DNA of 64,000 nucleotides from Eledone cirrhosa. Taxonomy: Eukaryota. How positions within the stretch are numbered: position 1 is the stretch's first letter; every line of letters starts with the position of its first letter. The stretch spans positions 414,656,001 to 414,720,000 of the forward strand of contig OZ024741.1 of assembly GCA_964016885.1 (NCBI GenBank). The letters are read 5' to 3'. This document shows, piece by piece, positions 13,691 through 31,600 of the stretch. The notes beneath the pieces were generated by a model. It made no database searches, was not told the origin of the DNA, and worked only from the letters and a program-made list of their open reading frames with translations. The translations under genes were made by a program, and so were the position numbers.

Positions 13691-16600
13691 CTGACACTCT
13701 ACCGAGTATAAGACACCAGGAGACCTACATCACACGGACATAGGTCTGACACTCTACGAGTATAAGACACCAGGAGACCTACATCACACATACTTTGGTC
13801 TCACACTCTACCGAGTATAACACACCAGGAGACCTACAGCACACATACTTTGGTCTGACACTCTACCGAGTATAACACACCAGGAGACCTACATCACACA
13901 TACTTTGGTCTGACACTCTACCGAGTATAAGACACCAGGAGACCTACATCACGCATACTTTGGTCTGACACTCTACCGCGTATAAGACACCAGGAGACCT
14001 ACATCACACGTACTTTGGTCTGACACTCTACCGAGTATAAGACACCAGGAGACCTACATCACGCATACTTTGGTCTGACACTCTACCGCGTATAAGACAC
14101 CAGGAGACCTACATCACACGTACTTTGGTCTGACACTCTACCGAGTATAAGACACCAGGAGACCTACATCACGCATACTTTGGTCTGACACTCTACCGCG
14201 TATAAGACACCAGGAGACCTACATCACACGTACTTTGGTCTGACACTCTACCGAGTATAAGACACCAGGAGACCTACATCACACGTACTTCGGTCTGACA
14301 CACTACCGAGTATAACACACCAGGAGACCTACATCACACATACTTTGGTCTGACACTCTACCGAGTATAACACACCAGGAGACCTACATCACACATACAT
14401 AGGTCTGACACTCTACCGAGTATAAGACACCAGGAGACCTACAGCACACATACTTTGGTCTCACACTCTACCGAGTATAACACACGAGGAGACCTACATC
14501 GCACATACTTTGGTCTGACACTCTACCGAGTATAACACACCAGGAGACCTACATCACACATACTTTGGTCTGACACTCTACCGAGTATAACACACCAGGA
14601 GACCTACATCGCACATACTTTGGTCTGACACTCTACCGATTATAAGACACCAGGAGACCTACATAAACACATACATAGGTTTAACACACTACTGAGTATA
14701 AGACACCAGGAGACCTACAGCACACATACTTTGATCTGACACTCTACCGAGTATAAGACACCAGGAGACCTACATCACACGTACTTTGGTCTGACACTCT
14801 ACCGAGTATAACACACCAGGAGACCTACATCACACATACATAGATCTGACACTCTACCGCGTATAAGACACCAGGAGACCTACATCACACATACTTTGGT
14901 CTGACACTCTACCGAGTATAAGACACCAGGAGACCTACATCACACGTACTTTGGTCTGACACTCTACCCAGTATAAGACACCGGGAGACCTACATCACAC
15001 GTAATTTGGTCTGACACTCTACCGAGTATAAGACACCAGGAGACCTACATCACACGTACTTTGGTCTGACACTCTACCGAGTATAAGACACCAGGAGACC
15101 TACATCACACATACATAGGTTTAACACTCTACCGAGTATAAGACACCAGGAGACCTACATCAAACATACATAGGTTTAACACTCTACTGAGTATAAGACA
15201 CCAGCAGACCTACATCACACATACTTTGGTCTGACACTCTACCGAGTATAAGACACCAGGAGACCTACATCACACATACTTTGGTCTGACACTCTACCGA
15301 GTATAAGACACCAGGAGACCTACATCACACGTACTTTGGTCTGACACTCTACCGAATATAAGACACCAGGAGACCTACATCACACATACTTTGGTCTTAC
15401 ACTCTACCGAGTATAAGACACAGGAGACCTACATCACACATACTTTGGTCTTACACTCTACCAAGTATAAGACACCAGGAGACCTACATCACACATACTT
15501 TGATCTGACACTCTACCGAGTATAAGACACCGGGAGACCTACATCACACATATTTTGGTCTGACACTCTACCGAGTATAAGACACCAGGAGACCTACATC
15601 ACACATAAATAGGTTTAACACTCTACCGAGTATAAGACACCAGGAGACCTACATCACACATACATAGGTCTAACACTCTACCGAGTATAAGACACGAGGA
15701 GACCTACATCACACATACTTTGGTCTTACACTCTACCGAGTATAAGACACCTGGAGACCTACATCACACGTACTTTGGTCTGACACTCTACCGAGTATAA
15801 CACACCAGGAGACCTACATCACACGTACTTTGGTCTGACACTCTACCGAGTATAAGACACCAGGAGACCTACATCACGCATACTTTGGTCTGACACTCTA
15901 CCGCGTATAAGACACCAGGAGACCTACATCACACGTACTTTGGTCTGACACTCTACCGAGTATAAGACACCAGGAGACCTACATCACACGTACTTTGGTC
16001 TGACACTCTACCGAGTATAAGACACCAGAAGACCTACATCACACATACTTTGGTCTGACACTCTACCGAGTATAAGACAACAGGAGACCTACATCACGCA
16101 TACTTTGGTCTGACACTCTACCGCGTATAAGACACCAGGAGACCTACATCACACGTACTTTGGTCTGACACTCTACCGAGTATAAGACACCAGGAGACCT
16201 ACATCACACGTACTTTGGTCTGACACTCTACCCAGTATAAGACACCGGGAGACCTACAGCACACATACTTTGGTCTGACACTCTACCGAGTATAAGACAC
16301 CAGGAGACCTACATCACACATACTTTGGTCTTACACTCTACCAAGTATAAGACACCAGGAGACCTACATCACACATACTTTGGTCTGACACTCTACCGAG
16401 TATAAGACACCAGGAGAACTACATCACACGTACTTTGGTCTGACACTCTACCGAGTATAAGACATCAGGAGACCTACATCACACATACATAGGTTTAACA
16501 CTCTACCGAGTATAAGACACCAGGAGACCTACATCACACATACATAGGTTTAACACTCTACTGAGTATAAGACACCAGGAGACCTACATCACACATACTT

Positions 16601-19600
16601 TGGTCTGACACTCTACCGAGTATAAGACACCAGGAGACCTTCATCACACATACTTTGGTCTGACACTCTACCGAGTATAAGACACCAGGAGACCTACATC
16701 ACACGTACTTTGGTCTGACACTCTACCGAGTATAAGACACCAGGAGACCTACATCACACATACTTTGGTCTGACACTCTACCGAGTATAAGACACCAGGA
16801 GACCTACATCACACATAATTTGGTCTTACACTCTACCAAGTATAAGACACCAGGAGACCTACATCACACATACTTTGGTCTGACACTCTACCGAGTATAA
16901 GACACCAGGAGAACTACATCACACGTACTTTGGTCTGACACTCTACCGAGTATAAGACACCAGGAGACCTACATCACACATACATAGGTTTAACACTCTA
17001 CCGAGTATAAGACACCAAGAGACCTACATCACACATACATAGGTTTAACACTCTACTGAGTATAAGACACCAGGAGACCTACATCACACATACTTTGGTC
17101 TGACACTCTACCGAGTATAAGACACCAGGAGACCTTCATCACACATACTTTGGTCTGACACTCTACCGAGTATAAGACACCAGGAGACCTACATCACACG
17201 TACTTTGGTCTTACACTCTACCGAGTATAAGACACCAGGAGGCCTACATCACACGTACTTTGGTCTGACACTCTACCGAATATAAGACACCAGGAGACCT
17301 ACATCACACGTACTTTGGTCTGACACTCTACCGAGTATAAGACACCAGGAGACCTACATCACACGTACTTTGGTCTGACACTCTACCGAGTATAAGACAC
17401 CAGGAGACCTACATCACATGTACTTTGGTCTGACACTCTACCAAGTATAAGACACCAGGAGACCTACATCACACAGACATAGGTCTGACACTCTACCGAG
17501 TATAAGACACCAGGAGACCTACATCACACATACTTTGGTCTGACACTCTACCGAGTATAACACACCAGGAGACCTACATCACACATACTTTGGTCTGACA
17601 CTCTACCAAGTATAAGACACCAGGAGGCCTACAGCACACATACTTTGGTCTGACACTCTACCAAGTACAAGACACCAGGAGACCTACATCACACATACTT
17701 TGGTCTGACACTCTACCGAGTATAACACACAGGAGACCTACATCACACATACATAGGTCTGACACTCTACCGAGTATAAGACACCAGGAGACCTACATCA
17801 CACGTACTTTGGTCTGACACTCTACCGAGTATAAGACACCAGGAGACCTACATCACACGTACTTTGGTCTGACACTCTACCGAGTATAAGACACCAGGAG
17901 ACCTACATCACATGTACTTTGGTCTGACACTCTACCAAGTATAAGCCACCAGGAGACCTACATCACACATACTTTGGTCTGACACTTTACCGAGTATAAG
18001 ACACCAGGAGACCTACATCACACATACATAGGTCTGACACTCTACCGAGTATAAGACACCAGGAGACCTACATCACACATACATAGGTCTGACACTCTAC
18101 CGAGTATAAGACACCAGGAGACCTACAGCACACATACTTTGGTCTCACACCCTACCGAATATAAGACACCAGGAGACCTACATCACACATACTTTGGTCT
18201 TACACTCTACCGAGTATAAGACACCAGGAGACCTACATCACACATACTTTGGTCTTACACTCTACCAAGTATAAGACACCAGGAGACCTACATCACACAT
18301 ACTTTGGTCTGACACTCTACCGAGTATAAGACACCAGGAGACCTACATCACACATACATAGGTTTAACACTCTACCGAGTATAAGACACCTGGAGACCTA
18401 CATCACACATACATAGGTTTAACACTCTACTGAGTATAAGACACCAGGAGACCTACATCACACATACTTTGGTCTGACACTCTACCGAGTATAAGACACC
18501 AGGAGACCTACATCACACATACTTTGGTCTGACACTCTACCGAGTATAACACACCAGGAGACCTACATCACACGTACTTTGGTCTGACACTCTACCGAGT
18601 ATAACACACCAGGAGACCTACATCACACATACATAGGTTTAACACTCTACCGAGTATAAGACACCAGGAGACCTACATCACACGTACTTTGGTCTCACAC
18701 TCTACCGAGTATAAGACACCAGGAGACCTACATCACACAGACATAGGTCTGACACTCTACCGAGTATAAGACACCAGGAGACCTACATCACACATACTTT
18801 GGTCTGACACTCTACCGAGTATAAGACACCAGGAGACCTACATCACACATACTTTGGTCTGACACTCTACCGAGTATAACACACCAGGAGACCTACATCA
18901 CACGTACTTTGGTCTGACACTCTACCGAGTATAACACACCAGGAGACCTACATCACACATACATAGGTTTAACACTCTACCGAGTATAAGACACCAGGAG
19001 ACCTACATCACACGTACTTTGGTCTCACACTCTACCGAGTATAAGACACCAGGAGACCTACATCACACAGACATAGGTCTGACACTCTACCGAGTATGAG
19101 ACACCAGGAGACCTACATCACACGTACTTTGGTCTTACACTCTACCGAGTATAAGACACCAGGAGACCTACATCACACAGACATAGGTCTGACACTCTAC
19201 CGAGTATAAGACACCAGGAGACCTACATCACACATACTTTGGTCTGACACTCTACCGAGTATAAGACACCAGGAGACCTACATCACACGGACATAGGTCT
19301 GACACTCTACGAGTATAAGACACCAGGAGACCTACATCACACATACTTTGGTCTCACACTCTACCGAGTATAACACACCAGGAGACCTACAGCACACATA
19401 CTTTGGTCTGACACTCTACCGAGTATAACACACCAGGAGACCTACATCACACATACTTTGGTCTGACACTCTACCGAGTATAAGACACCAGGAGACCTAC
19501 ATCACGCATACTTTGGTCTGACACTCTACCGCGTATAAGACACCAGGAGACCTACATCACACGTACTTTGGTCTGACACTCTACCGAGTATAAGACACCA

Positions 19601-22600
19601 GGAGACCTACATCACGCATACTTTGGTCTGACACTCTACCGCGTATAAGACACCAGGAGACCTACATCACACGTACTTTGGTCTGACACTCTACCGAGTA
19701 TAAGACACCAGGAGACCTACATCACGCATACTTTGGTCTGACACTCTACCGCGTATAAGACACCAGGAGACCTACATCACACGTACTTTGGTCTGACACT
19801 CTACCGAGTATAAGACACCAGGAGACCTACATCACACGTACTTCGGTCTGACACACTACCGAGTATAACACACCAGGAGACCTACATCACACATACTTTG
19901 GTCTGACACTCTACCGAGTATAACACACCAGGAGACCTACATCACACATACATAGGTCTGACACTCTACCGAGTATAAGACACCAGGAGACCTACAGCAC
20001 ACATACTTTGGTCTCACACTCTACCGAGTATAACACACGAGGAGACCTACATCGCACATACTTTGGTCTGACACTCTACCGAGTATAACACACCAGGAGA
20101 CCTACATCACACATACTTTGGTCTGACACTCTACCGAGTATAACACACCAGGAGACCTACATCGCACATACTTTGGTCTGACACTCTACCGATTATAAGA
20201 CACCAGGAGACCTACATAAACACATACATAGGTTTAACACACTACTGAGTATAAGACACCAGGAGACCTACAGCACACATACTTTGATCTGACACTCTAC
20301 CGAGTATAAGACACCAGGAGACCTACATCACACGTACTTTGGTCTGACACTCTACCGAGTATAACACACCAGGAGACCTACATCACACATACATAGATCT
20401 GACACTCTACCGCGTATAAGACACCAGGAGACCTACATCACACATACTTTGGTCTGACACTCTACCGAGTATAAGACACCAGGAGACCTACATCACACGT
20501 ACTTTGGTCTGACACTCTACCCAGTATAAGACACCGGGAGACCTACATCACACGTAATTTGGTCTGACACTCTACCGAGTATAAGACACCAGGAGACCTA
20601 CATCACACGTACTTTGGTCTGACACTCTACCGAGTATAAGACACCAGGAGACCTACATCACACATACATAGGTTTAACACTCTACCGAGTATAAGACACC
20701 AGGAGACCTACATCAAACATACATAGGTTTAACACTCTACTGAGTATAAGACACCAGCAGACCTACATCACACATACTTTGGTCTGACACTCTACCGAGT
20801 ATAAGACACCAGGAGACCTACATCACACATACTTTGGTCTGACACTCTACCGAGTATAAGACACCAGGAGACCTACATCACACGTACTTTGGTCTGACAC
20901 TCTACCGAATATAAGACACCAGGAGACCTACATCACACATACTTTGGTCTTACACTCTACCGAGTATAAGACACAGGAGACCTACATCACACATACTTTG
21001 GTCTTACACTCTACCAAGTATAAGACACCAGGAGACCTACATCACACATACTTTGATCTGACACTCTACCGAGTATAAGACACCGGGAGACCTACATCAC
21101 ACATATTTTGGTCTGACACTCTACCGAGTATAAGACACCAGGAGACCTACATCACACATAAATAGGTTTAACACTCTACCGAGTATAAGACACCAGGAGA
21201 CCTACATCACACATACATAGGTCTAACACTCTACCGAGTATAAGACACGAGGAGACCTACATCACACATACTTTGGTCTTACACTCTACCGAGTATAAGA
21301 CACCTGGAGACCTACATCACACGTACTTTGGTCTGACACTCTACCGAGTATAACACACCAGGAGACCTACATCACACGTACTTTGGTCTGACACTCTACC
21401 GAGTATAAGACACCAGGAGACCTACATCACGCATACTTTGGTCTGACACTCTACCGCGTATAAGACACCAGGAGACCTACATCACACGTACTTTGGTCTG
21501 ACACTCTACCGAGTATAAGACACCAGGAGACCTACATCACACGTACTTTGGTCTGACACTCTACCGAGTATAAGACACCAGAAGACCTACATCACACATA
21601 CTTTGGTCTGACACTCTACCGAGTATAAGACAACAGGAGACCTACATCACGCATACTTTGGTCTGACACTCTACCGCGTATAAGACACCAGGAGACCTAC
21701 ATCACACGTACTTTGGTCTGACACTCTACCGAGTATAAGACACCAGGAGACCTACATCACACGTACTTTGGTCTGACACTCTACCCAGTATAAGACACCG
21801 GGAGACCTACAGCACACATACTTTGGTCTGACACTCTACCGAGTATAAGACACCAGGAGACCTACATCACACATACTTTGGTCTTACACTCTACCAAGTA
21901 TAAGACACCAGGAGACCTACATCACACATACTTTGGTCTGACACTCTACCGAGTATAAGACACCAGGAGAACTACATCACACGTACTTTGGTCTGACACT
22001 CTACCGAGTATAAGACATCAGGAGACCTACATCACACATACATAGGTTTAACACTCTACCGAGTATAAGACACCAGGAGACCTACATCACACATACATAG
22101 GTTTAACACTCTACTGAGTATAAGACACCAGGAGACCTACATCACACATACTTTGGTCTGACACTCTACCGAGTATAAGACACCAGGAGACCTTCATCAC
22201 ACATACTTTGGTCTGACACTCTACCGAGTATAAGACACCAGGAGACCTACATCACACGTACTTTGGTCTGACACTCTACCGAGTATAAGACACCAGGAGA
22301 CCTACATCACACATACTTTGGTCTGACACTCTACCGAGTATAAGACACCAGGAGACCTACATCACACATACATAGGTTTAACACTCTACCGAGTATAAGA
22401 CACCTGGAGACCTACATCACACATACATAGGTTTAACACTCTACTGAGTATAAGACACCAGGAGACCTACATCACACATACTTTGGTCTGACACTCTACC
22501 GAGTATAAGACACCAGGAGACCTACATCACACATACTTTGGTCTGACACTCTACCGAGTATAACACACCAGGAGACCTACATCACACGTACTTTGGTCTG

Positions 22601-25600
22601 ACACTCTACCGAGTATAACACACCAGGAGACCTACATCACGCATACATAGGTTTAACACTCTACCGAGTATAAGACACCAGGAGACCTACATCACACGTA
22701 CTTTGGTCTCACACTCTACCGAGTATAAGACACCAGGAGACCTACATCACACAGACATAGGTCTGACACTCTACCGAGTATAAGACACCAGGAGACCTAC
22801 ATCACACATACTTTGGTCTGACACTCTACCGAGTATAAGACACCAGGAGACCTACATCACACATACTTTGGTCTGACACTCTACCGAGTATAACACACCA
22901 GGAGACCTACATCACACGTACTTTGGTCTGACACTCTACCGAGTATAACACACCAGGAGACCTACATCACACATACATAGGTTTAACACTCTACCGAGTA
23001 TAAGACACCAGGAGACCTACATCACACGTACTTTGGTCTCACACTCTACCGAGTATAAGACACCAGGAGACCTACATCACACAGACATAGGTCTGACACT
23101 CTACCGAGTATGAGACACCAGGAGACCTACATCACACGTACTTTGGTCTTACACTCTACCGAGTATAAGACACCCGGAGACCTACATCACACAGACATAG
23201 GTCTGACACTCTACCGAGTATAAGACACCAGGAGACCTACATCACACATACTTTGGTCTGACACTCTACCGAGTATAACACACCAGGAGACCTACATCAC
23301 ACATACTTTGGTCTGACACTCTACCAAGTATAAGACACCAGGAGGCCTACAGCACACATACTTTGGTCTGACACTCTACCAAGTACAAGACACCAGGAGA
23401 CCTACATCACACATACTTTGGTCTGACACTCTACCGAGTATAACACACAGGAGACCTACATCACACATACATAGGTCTGACACTCTACCGAGTATAAGAC
23501 ACCAGGAGACCTACATCACACGTACTTTGGTCTGACACTCTACCGAGTATAAGACACCAGGAGACCTACATCACACGTACTTTGGTCTGACACTCTACCG
23601 AGTATAAGACACCAGGAGACCTACATCACATGTACTTTGGTCTGACACTCTACCAAGTATAAGCCACCAGGAGACCTACATCACACATACTTTGGTCTGA
23701 CACTTTACCGAGTATAAGACACCAGGAGACCTACATCACACATACATAGGTCTGACACTCTACCGAGTATAAGACACCAGGAGACCTACATCACACATAC
23801 ATAGGTCTGACACTCTACCGAGTATAAGACACCAGGAGACCTACAGCACACATACTTTGGTCTCACACCCTACCGAATATAAGACACCAGGAGACCTACA
23901 TCACACATACTTTGGTCTTACACTCTACCGAGTATAAGACACCAGGAGACCTACATCACACATACTTTGGTCTTACACTCTACCAAGTATAAGACACCAG
24001 GAGACCTACATCACACATACTTTGGTCTGACACTCTACCGAGTATAAGACACCAGGAGACCTACATCACACATACATAGGTTTAACACTCTACCGAGTAT
24101 AAGACACCTGGAGACCTACATCACACATACATAGGTTTAACACTCTACTGAGTATAAGACACCAGGAGACCTACATCACACATACTTTGGTCTGACACTC
24201 TACCGAGTATAAGACACCAGGAGACCTACATCACACATACTTTGGTCTGACACTCTACCGAGTATAACACACCAGGAGACCTACATCACACGTACTTTGG
24301 TCTGACACTCTACCGAGTATAACACACCAGGAGACCTACATCACACATACATAGGTTTAACACTCTACCGAGTATAAGACACCAGGAGACCTACATCACA
24401 CGTACTTTGGTCTCACACTCTACCGAGTATAAGACACCAGGAGACCTACATCACACAGACATAGGTCTGACACTCTACCGAGTATAAGACACCAGGAGAC
24501 CTACATCACACATACTTTGGTCTGACACTCTACCGAGTATAAGACACCAGGAGACCTACATCACACATACTTTGGTCTGACACTCTACCGAGTATAACAC
24601 ACCAGGAGACCTACATCACACGTACTTTGGTCTGACACTCTACCGAGTATAACACACCAGGAGACCTACATCACACATACATAGGTTTAACACTCTACCG
24701 AGTATAAGACACCAGGAGACCTACATCACACGTACTTTGGTCTCACACTCTACCGAGTATAAGACACCAGGAGACCTACATCACACAGACATAGGTCTGA
24801 CACTCTACCGAGTATGAGACACCAGGAGACCTACATCACACGTACTTTGGTCTTACACTCTACCGAGTATAAGACACCAGGAGACCTACATCACACAGAC
24901 ATAGGTCTGACACTCTACCGAGTATAAGACACCAGGAGACCTACATCACACATACTTTGGTCTGACACTCTACCGAGTATAAGACACCAGGAGACCTACA
25001 TCACACGGACATAGGTCTGACACTCTACGAGTATAAGACACCAGGAGACCTACATCACACATACTTTGGTCTCACACTCTACCGAGTATAACACACCAGG
25101 AGACCTACAGCACACATACTTTGGTCTGACACTCTACCGAGTATAACACACCAGGAGACCTACATCACACATACTTTGGTCTGACACTCTACCGAGTATA
25201 AGACACCAGGAGACCTACATCACGCATACTTTGGTCTGACACTCTACCGCGTATAAGACACCAGGAGACCTACATCACACGTACTTTGGTCTGACACTCT
25301 ACCGAGTATAAGACACCAGGAGACCTACATCACGCATACTTTGGTCTGACACTCTACCGCGTATAAGACACCAGGAGACCTACATCACACGTACTTTGGT
25401 CTGACACTCTACCGAGTATAAGACACCAGGAGACCTACATCACGCATACTTTGGTCTGACACTCTACCGCGTATAAGACACCAGGAGACCTACATCACAC
25501 GTACTTTGGTCTGACACTCTACCGAGTATAAGACACCAGGAGACCTACATCACACGTACTTCGGTCTGACACACTACCGAGTATAACACACCAGGAGACC

Positions 25601-28600
25601 TACATCACACATACTTTGGTCTGACACTCTACCGAGTATAACACACCAGGAGACCTACATCACACATACATAGGTCTGACACTCTACCGAGTATAAGACA
25701 CCAGGAGACCTACAGCACACATACTTTGGTCTCACACTCTACCGAGTATAACACACGAGGAGACCTACATCGCACATACTTTGGTCTGACACTCTACCGA
25801 GTATAACACACCAGGAGACCTACATCACACATACTTTGGTCTGACACTCTACCGAGTATAACACACCAGGAGACCTACATCGCACATACTTTGGTCTGAC
25901 ACTCTACCGATTATAAGACACCAGGAGACCTACATAAACACATACATAGGTTTAACACACTACTGAGTATAAGACACCAGGAGACCTACAGCACACATAC
26001 TTTGATCTGACACTCTACCGAGTATAAGACACCAGGAGACCTACATCACACGTACTTTGGTCTGACACTCTACCGAGTATAACACACCAGGAGACCTACA
26101 TCACACATACATAGATCTGACACTCTACCGCGTATAAGACACCAGGAGACCTACATCACACATACTTTGGTCTGACACTCTACCGAGTATAAGACACCAG
26201 GAGACCTACATCACACGTACTTTGGTCTGACACTCTACCCAGTATAAGACACCGGGAGACCTACATCACACGTAATTTGGTCTGACACTCTACCGAGTAT
26301 AAGACACCAGGAGACCTACATCACACGTACTTTGGTCTGACACTCTACCGAGTATAAGACACCAGGAGACCTACATCACACATACATAGGTTTAACACTC
26401 TACCGAGTATAAGACACCAGGAGACCTACATCAAACATACATAGGTTTAACACTCTACTGAGTATAAGACACCAGCAGACCTACATCACACATACTTTGG
26501 TCTGACACTCTACCGAGTATAAGACACCAGGAGACCTACATCACACATACTTTGGTCTGACACTCTACCGAGTATAAGACACCAGGAGACCTACATCACA
26601 CGTACTTTGGTCTGACACTCTACCGAATATAAGACACCAGGAGACCTACATCACACATACTTTGGTCTTACACTCTACCGAGTATAAGACACAGGAGACC
26701 TACATCACACATACTTTGGTCTTACACTCTACCAAGTATAAGACACCAGGAGACCTACATCACACATACTTTGATCTGACACTCTACCGAGTATAAGACA
26801 CCGGGAGACCTACATCACACATATTTTGGTCTGACACTCTACCGAGTATAAGACACCAGGAGACCTACATCACACATAAATAGGTTTAACACTCTACCGA
26901 GTATAAGACACCAGGAGACCTACATCACACATACATAGGTCTAACACTCTACCGAGTATAAGACACGAGGAGACCTACATCACACATACTTTGGTCTTAC
27001 ACTCTACCGAGTATAAGACACCTGGAGACCTACATCACACGTACTTTGGTCTGACACTCTACCGAGTATAACACACCAGGAGACCTACATCACACGTACT
27101 TTGGTCGGACACTCTACCGAGTATAAGACACCAGGAGACCTACATCACGCATACTTTGGTCTGACACTCTACCGCGTATAAGACACCAGGAGACCTACAT
27201 CACACGTACTTTGGTCTGACACTCTACCGAGTATAAGACACCAGGAGACCTACATCACACGTACTTTGGTCTGACACTCTACCGAGTATAAGACACCAGA
27301 AGACCTACATCACACATACTTTGGTCTGACACTCTACCGAGTATAAGACAACAGGAGACCTACATCACGCATACTTTGGTCTGACACTCTACCGCGTATA
27401 AGACACCAGGAGACCTACATCACACGTACTTTGGTCTGACACTCTACCGAGTATAAGACACCAGGAGACCTACATCACACGTACTTTGGTCTGACACTCT
27501 ACCCAGTATAAGACACCGGGAGACCTACAGCACACATACTTTGGTCTGACACTCTACCGAGTATAAGACACCAGGAGACCTACATCACACATACTTTGGT
27601 CTTACACTCTACCAAGTATAAGACACCAGGAGACCTACATCACACATACTTTGGTCTGACACTCTACCGAGTATAAGACACCAGGAGAACTACATCACAC
27701 GTACTTTGGTCTGACACTCTACCGAGTATAAGACATCAGGAGACCTACATCACACATACATAGGTTTAACACCCTACCGAGTATAAGACACCAGGAGACC
27801 TACATCACACATACATAGGTTTAACACTCTACTGAGTATAAGACACCAGGAGACCTACATCACACATACTTTGGTCTGACACTCTACCGAGTATAAGACA
27901 CCAGGAGACCTTCATCACACATACTTTGGTCTGACACTCTACCGAGTATAAGACACCAGGAGACCTACATCACACGTACTTTGGTCTGACACTCTACCGA
28001 GTATAAGACACCAGGAGACCTACATCACACATACTTTGGTCTGACACTCTACCGAGTATAAGACACCAGGAGACCTACATCACACATAATTTGGTCTTAC
28101 ACTCTACCAAGTATAAGACACCAGGAGACCTACATCACACATACTTTGGTCTGACACTCTACCGAGTATAAGACACCAGGAGAACTACATCACACGTACT
28201 TTGGTCTGACACTCTACCGAGTATAAGACACCAGGAGACCTACATCACACATACATAGGTTTAACACTCTACCGAGTATAAGACACCAAGAGACCTACAT
28301 CACACATACATAGGTTTAACACTCTACTGAGTATAAGACACCAGGAGACCTACATCACACATACTTTGGTCTGACACTCTACCGAGTATAAGACACCAGG
28401 AGACCTTCATCACACATACTTTGGTCTGACACTCTACCGAGTATAAGACACCAGGAGACCTACATCACACGTACTTTGGTCTTACACTCTACCGAGTATA
28501 AGACACCAGGAGGCCTACATCACACGTACTTTGGTCTGACACTCTACCGAATATAAGACACCAGGAGACCTACATCACACGTACTTTGGTCTGACACTCT

Positions 28601-31600
28601 ACCGAGTATAAGACACCAGGAGACCTACATCACACGTACTTTGGTCTGACACTCTACCGAGTATAAGACACCAGGAGACCTACATCACATGTACTTTGGT
28701 CTGACACTCTACCAAGTATAAGACACCAGGAGACCTACATCACACAGACATAGGTCTGACACTCTACCGAGTATAAGACACCAGGAGACCTACATCACAC
28801 ATACTTTGGTCTGACACTCTACCGAGTATAACACACCAGGAGACCTACATCACACATACTTTGGTCTGACACTCTACCAAGTATAAGACACCAGGAGGCC
28901 TACAGCACACATACTTTGGTCTGACACTCTACCAAGTACAAGACACCAGGAGACCTACATCACACATACTTTGGTCTGACACTCTACCGAGTATAACACA
29001 CAGGAGACCTACATCACACATACATAGGTCTGACACTCTACCGAGTATAAGACACCAGGAGACCTACATCACACGTACTTTGGTCTGACACTCTACCGAG
29101 TATAAGACACCAGGAGACCTACATCACACGTACTTTGGTCTGACTCTCTACCGAGTATAAGACACCAGGAGACCTACATCACATGTACTTTGGTCTGACA
29201 CTCTACCAAGTATAAGCCACCAGGAGACCTACATCACACATACTTTGGTCTGACACTTTACCGAGTATAAGACACCAGGAGACCTACATCACACATACAT
29301 AGGTCTGACACTCTACCGAGTATAAGACACCAGGAGACCTACATCACACATACATAGGTCTGACACTCTACCGAGTATAAGACACCAGGAGACCTACAGC
29401 ACACATACTTTGGTCTCACACCCTACCGAATATAAGACACCAGGAGACCTACATCACACATACTTTGGTCTTACACTCTACCGAGTATAAGACACCAGGA
29501 GACCTACATCACACATACTTTGGTCTTACACTCTACCAAGTATAAGACACCAGGAGACCTACATCACACATACTTTGGTCTGACACTCTACCGAGTATAA
29601 GACACCAGGAGACCTACATCACACATACATAGGTTTAACACTCTACCGAGTATAAGACACCTGGAGACCTACATCACACATACATAGGTTTAACACTCTA
29701 CTGAGTATAAGACACCAGGAGACCTACATCACACATACTTTGGTCTGACACTCTACCGAGTATAAGACACCAGGAGACCTACATCACACATACTTTGGTC
29801 TGACACTCTACCGAGTATAACACACCAGGAGACCTACATCACACGTACTTTGGTCTGACACTCTACCGAGTATAACACACCAGGAGACCTACATCACACA
29901 TACATAGGTTTAACACTCTACCGAGTATAAGACACCAGGAGACCTACATCACACGTACTTTGGTCTCACACTCTACCGAGTATAAGACACCAGGAGACCT
30001 ACATCACACAGACATAGGTCTGACACTCTACCGAGTATAAGACACCAGGAGACCTACATCACACATACTTTGGTCTGACACTCTACCGAGTATAAGACAC
30101 CAGGAGACCTACATCACACATACTTTGGTCTGACACTCTACCGAGTATAACACACCAGGAGACCTACATCACACGTACTTTGGTCTGACACTCTACCGAG
30201 TATAACACACCAGGAGACCTACATCACACATACATAGGTTTAACACTCTACCGAGTATAAGACACCAGGAGACCTACATCACACGTACTTTGGTCTCACA
30301 CTCTACCGAGTATAAGACACCAGGAGACCTACATCACACAGACATAGGTCTGACACTCTACCGAGTATGAGACACCAGGAGACCTACATCACACGTACTT
30401 TGGTCTTACACTCTACCGAGTATAAGACACCAGGAGACCTACATCACACATACTTTGGTCTGACACTCTACCGAGTATAAGACACCAGGAGACCTACATC
30501 ACACGGACATAGGTCTGACACTCTACGAGTATAAGACACCAGGAGACCTACATCACACATACTTTGGTCTCACACTCTACCGAGTATAACACACCAGGAG
30601 ACCTACAGCACACATACTTTGGTCTGACACTCTACCGAGTATAACACACCAGGAGACCTACATCACACATACTTTGGTCTGACACTCTACCGAGTATAAG
30701 ACACCAGGAGACCTACATCACGCATACTTTGGTCTGACACTCTACCGCGTATAAGACACCAGGAGACCTACATCACACGTACTTTGGTCTGACACTCTAC
30801 CGAGTATAAGACACCAGGAGACCTACATCACGCATACTTTGGTCTGACACTCTACCGCGTATAAGACACCAGGAGACCTACATCACACGTACTTTGGTCT
30901 GACACTCTACCGAGTATAAGACACCAGGAGACCTACATCACGCATACTTTGGTCTGACACTCTACCGCGTATAAGACACCAGGAGACCTACATCACACGT
31001 ACTTTGGTCTGACACTCTACCGAGTATAAGACACCAGGAGACCTACATCACACGTACTTCGGTCTGACACACTACCGAGTATAACACACCAGGAGACCTA
31101 CATCACACATACTTTGGTCTGACACTCTACCGAGTATAACACACCAGGAGACCTACATCACACATACATAGGTCTGACACTCTACCGAGTATAAGACACC
31201 AGGAGACCTACAGCACACATACTTTGGTCTCACACTCTACCGAGTATAACACACGAGGAGACCTACATCGCACATACTTTGGTCTGACACTCTACCGAGT
31301 ATAACACACCAGGAGACCTACATCACACATACTTTGGTCTGACACTCTACCGAGTATAACACACCAGGAGACCTACATCGCACATACTTTGGTCTGACAC
31401 TCTACCGATTATAAGACACCAGGAGACCTACATAAACACATACATAGGTTTAACACACTACTGAGTATAAGACACCAGGAGACCTACAGCACACATACTT
31501 TGATCTGACACTCTACCGAGTATAAGACACCAGGAGACCTACATCACACGTACTTTGGTCTGACACTCTACCGAGTATAACACACCAGGAGACCTACATC

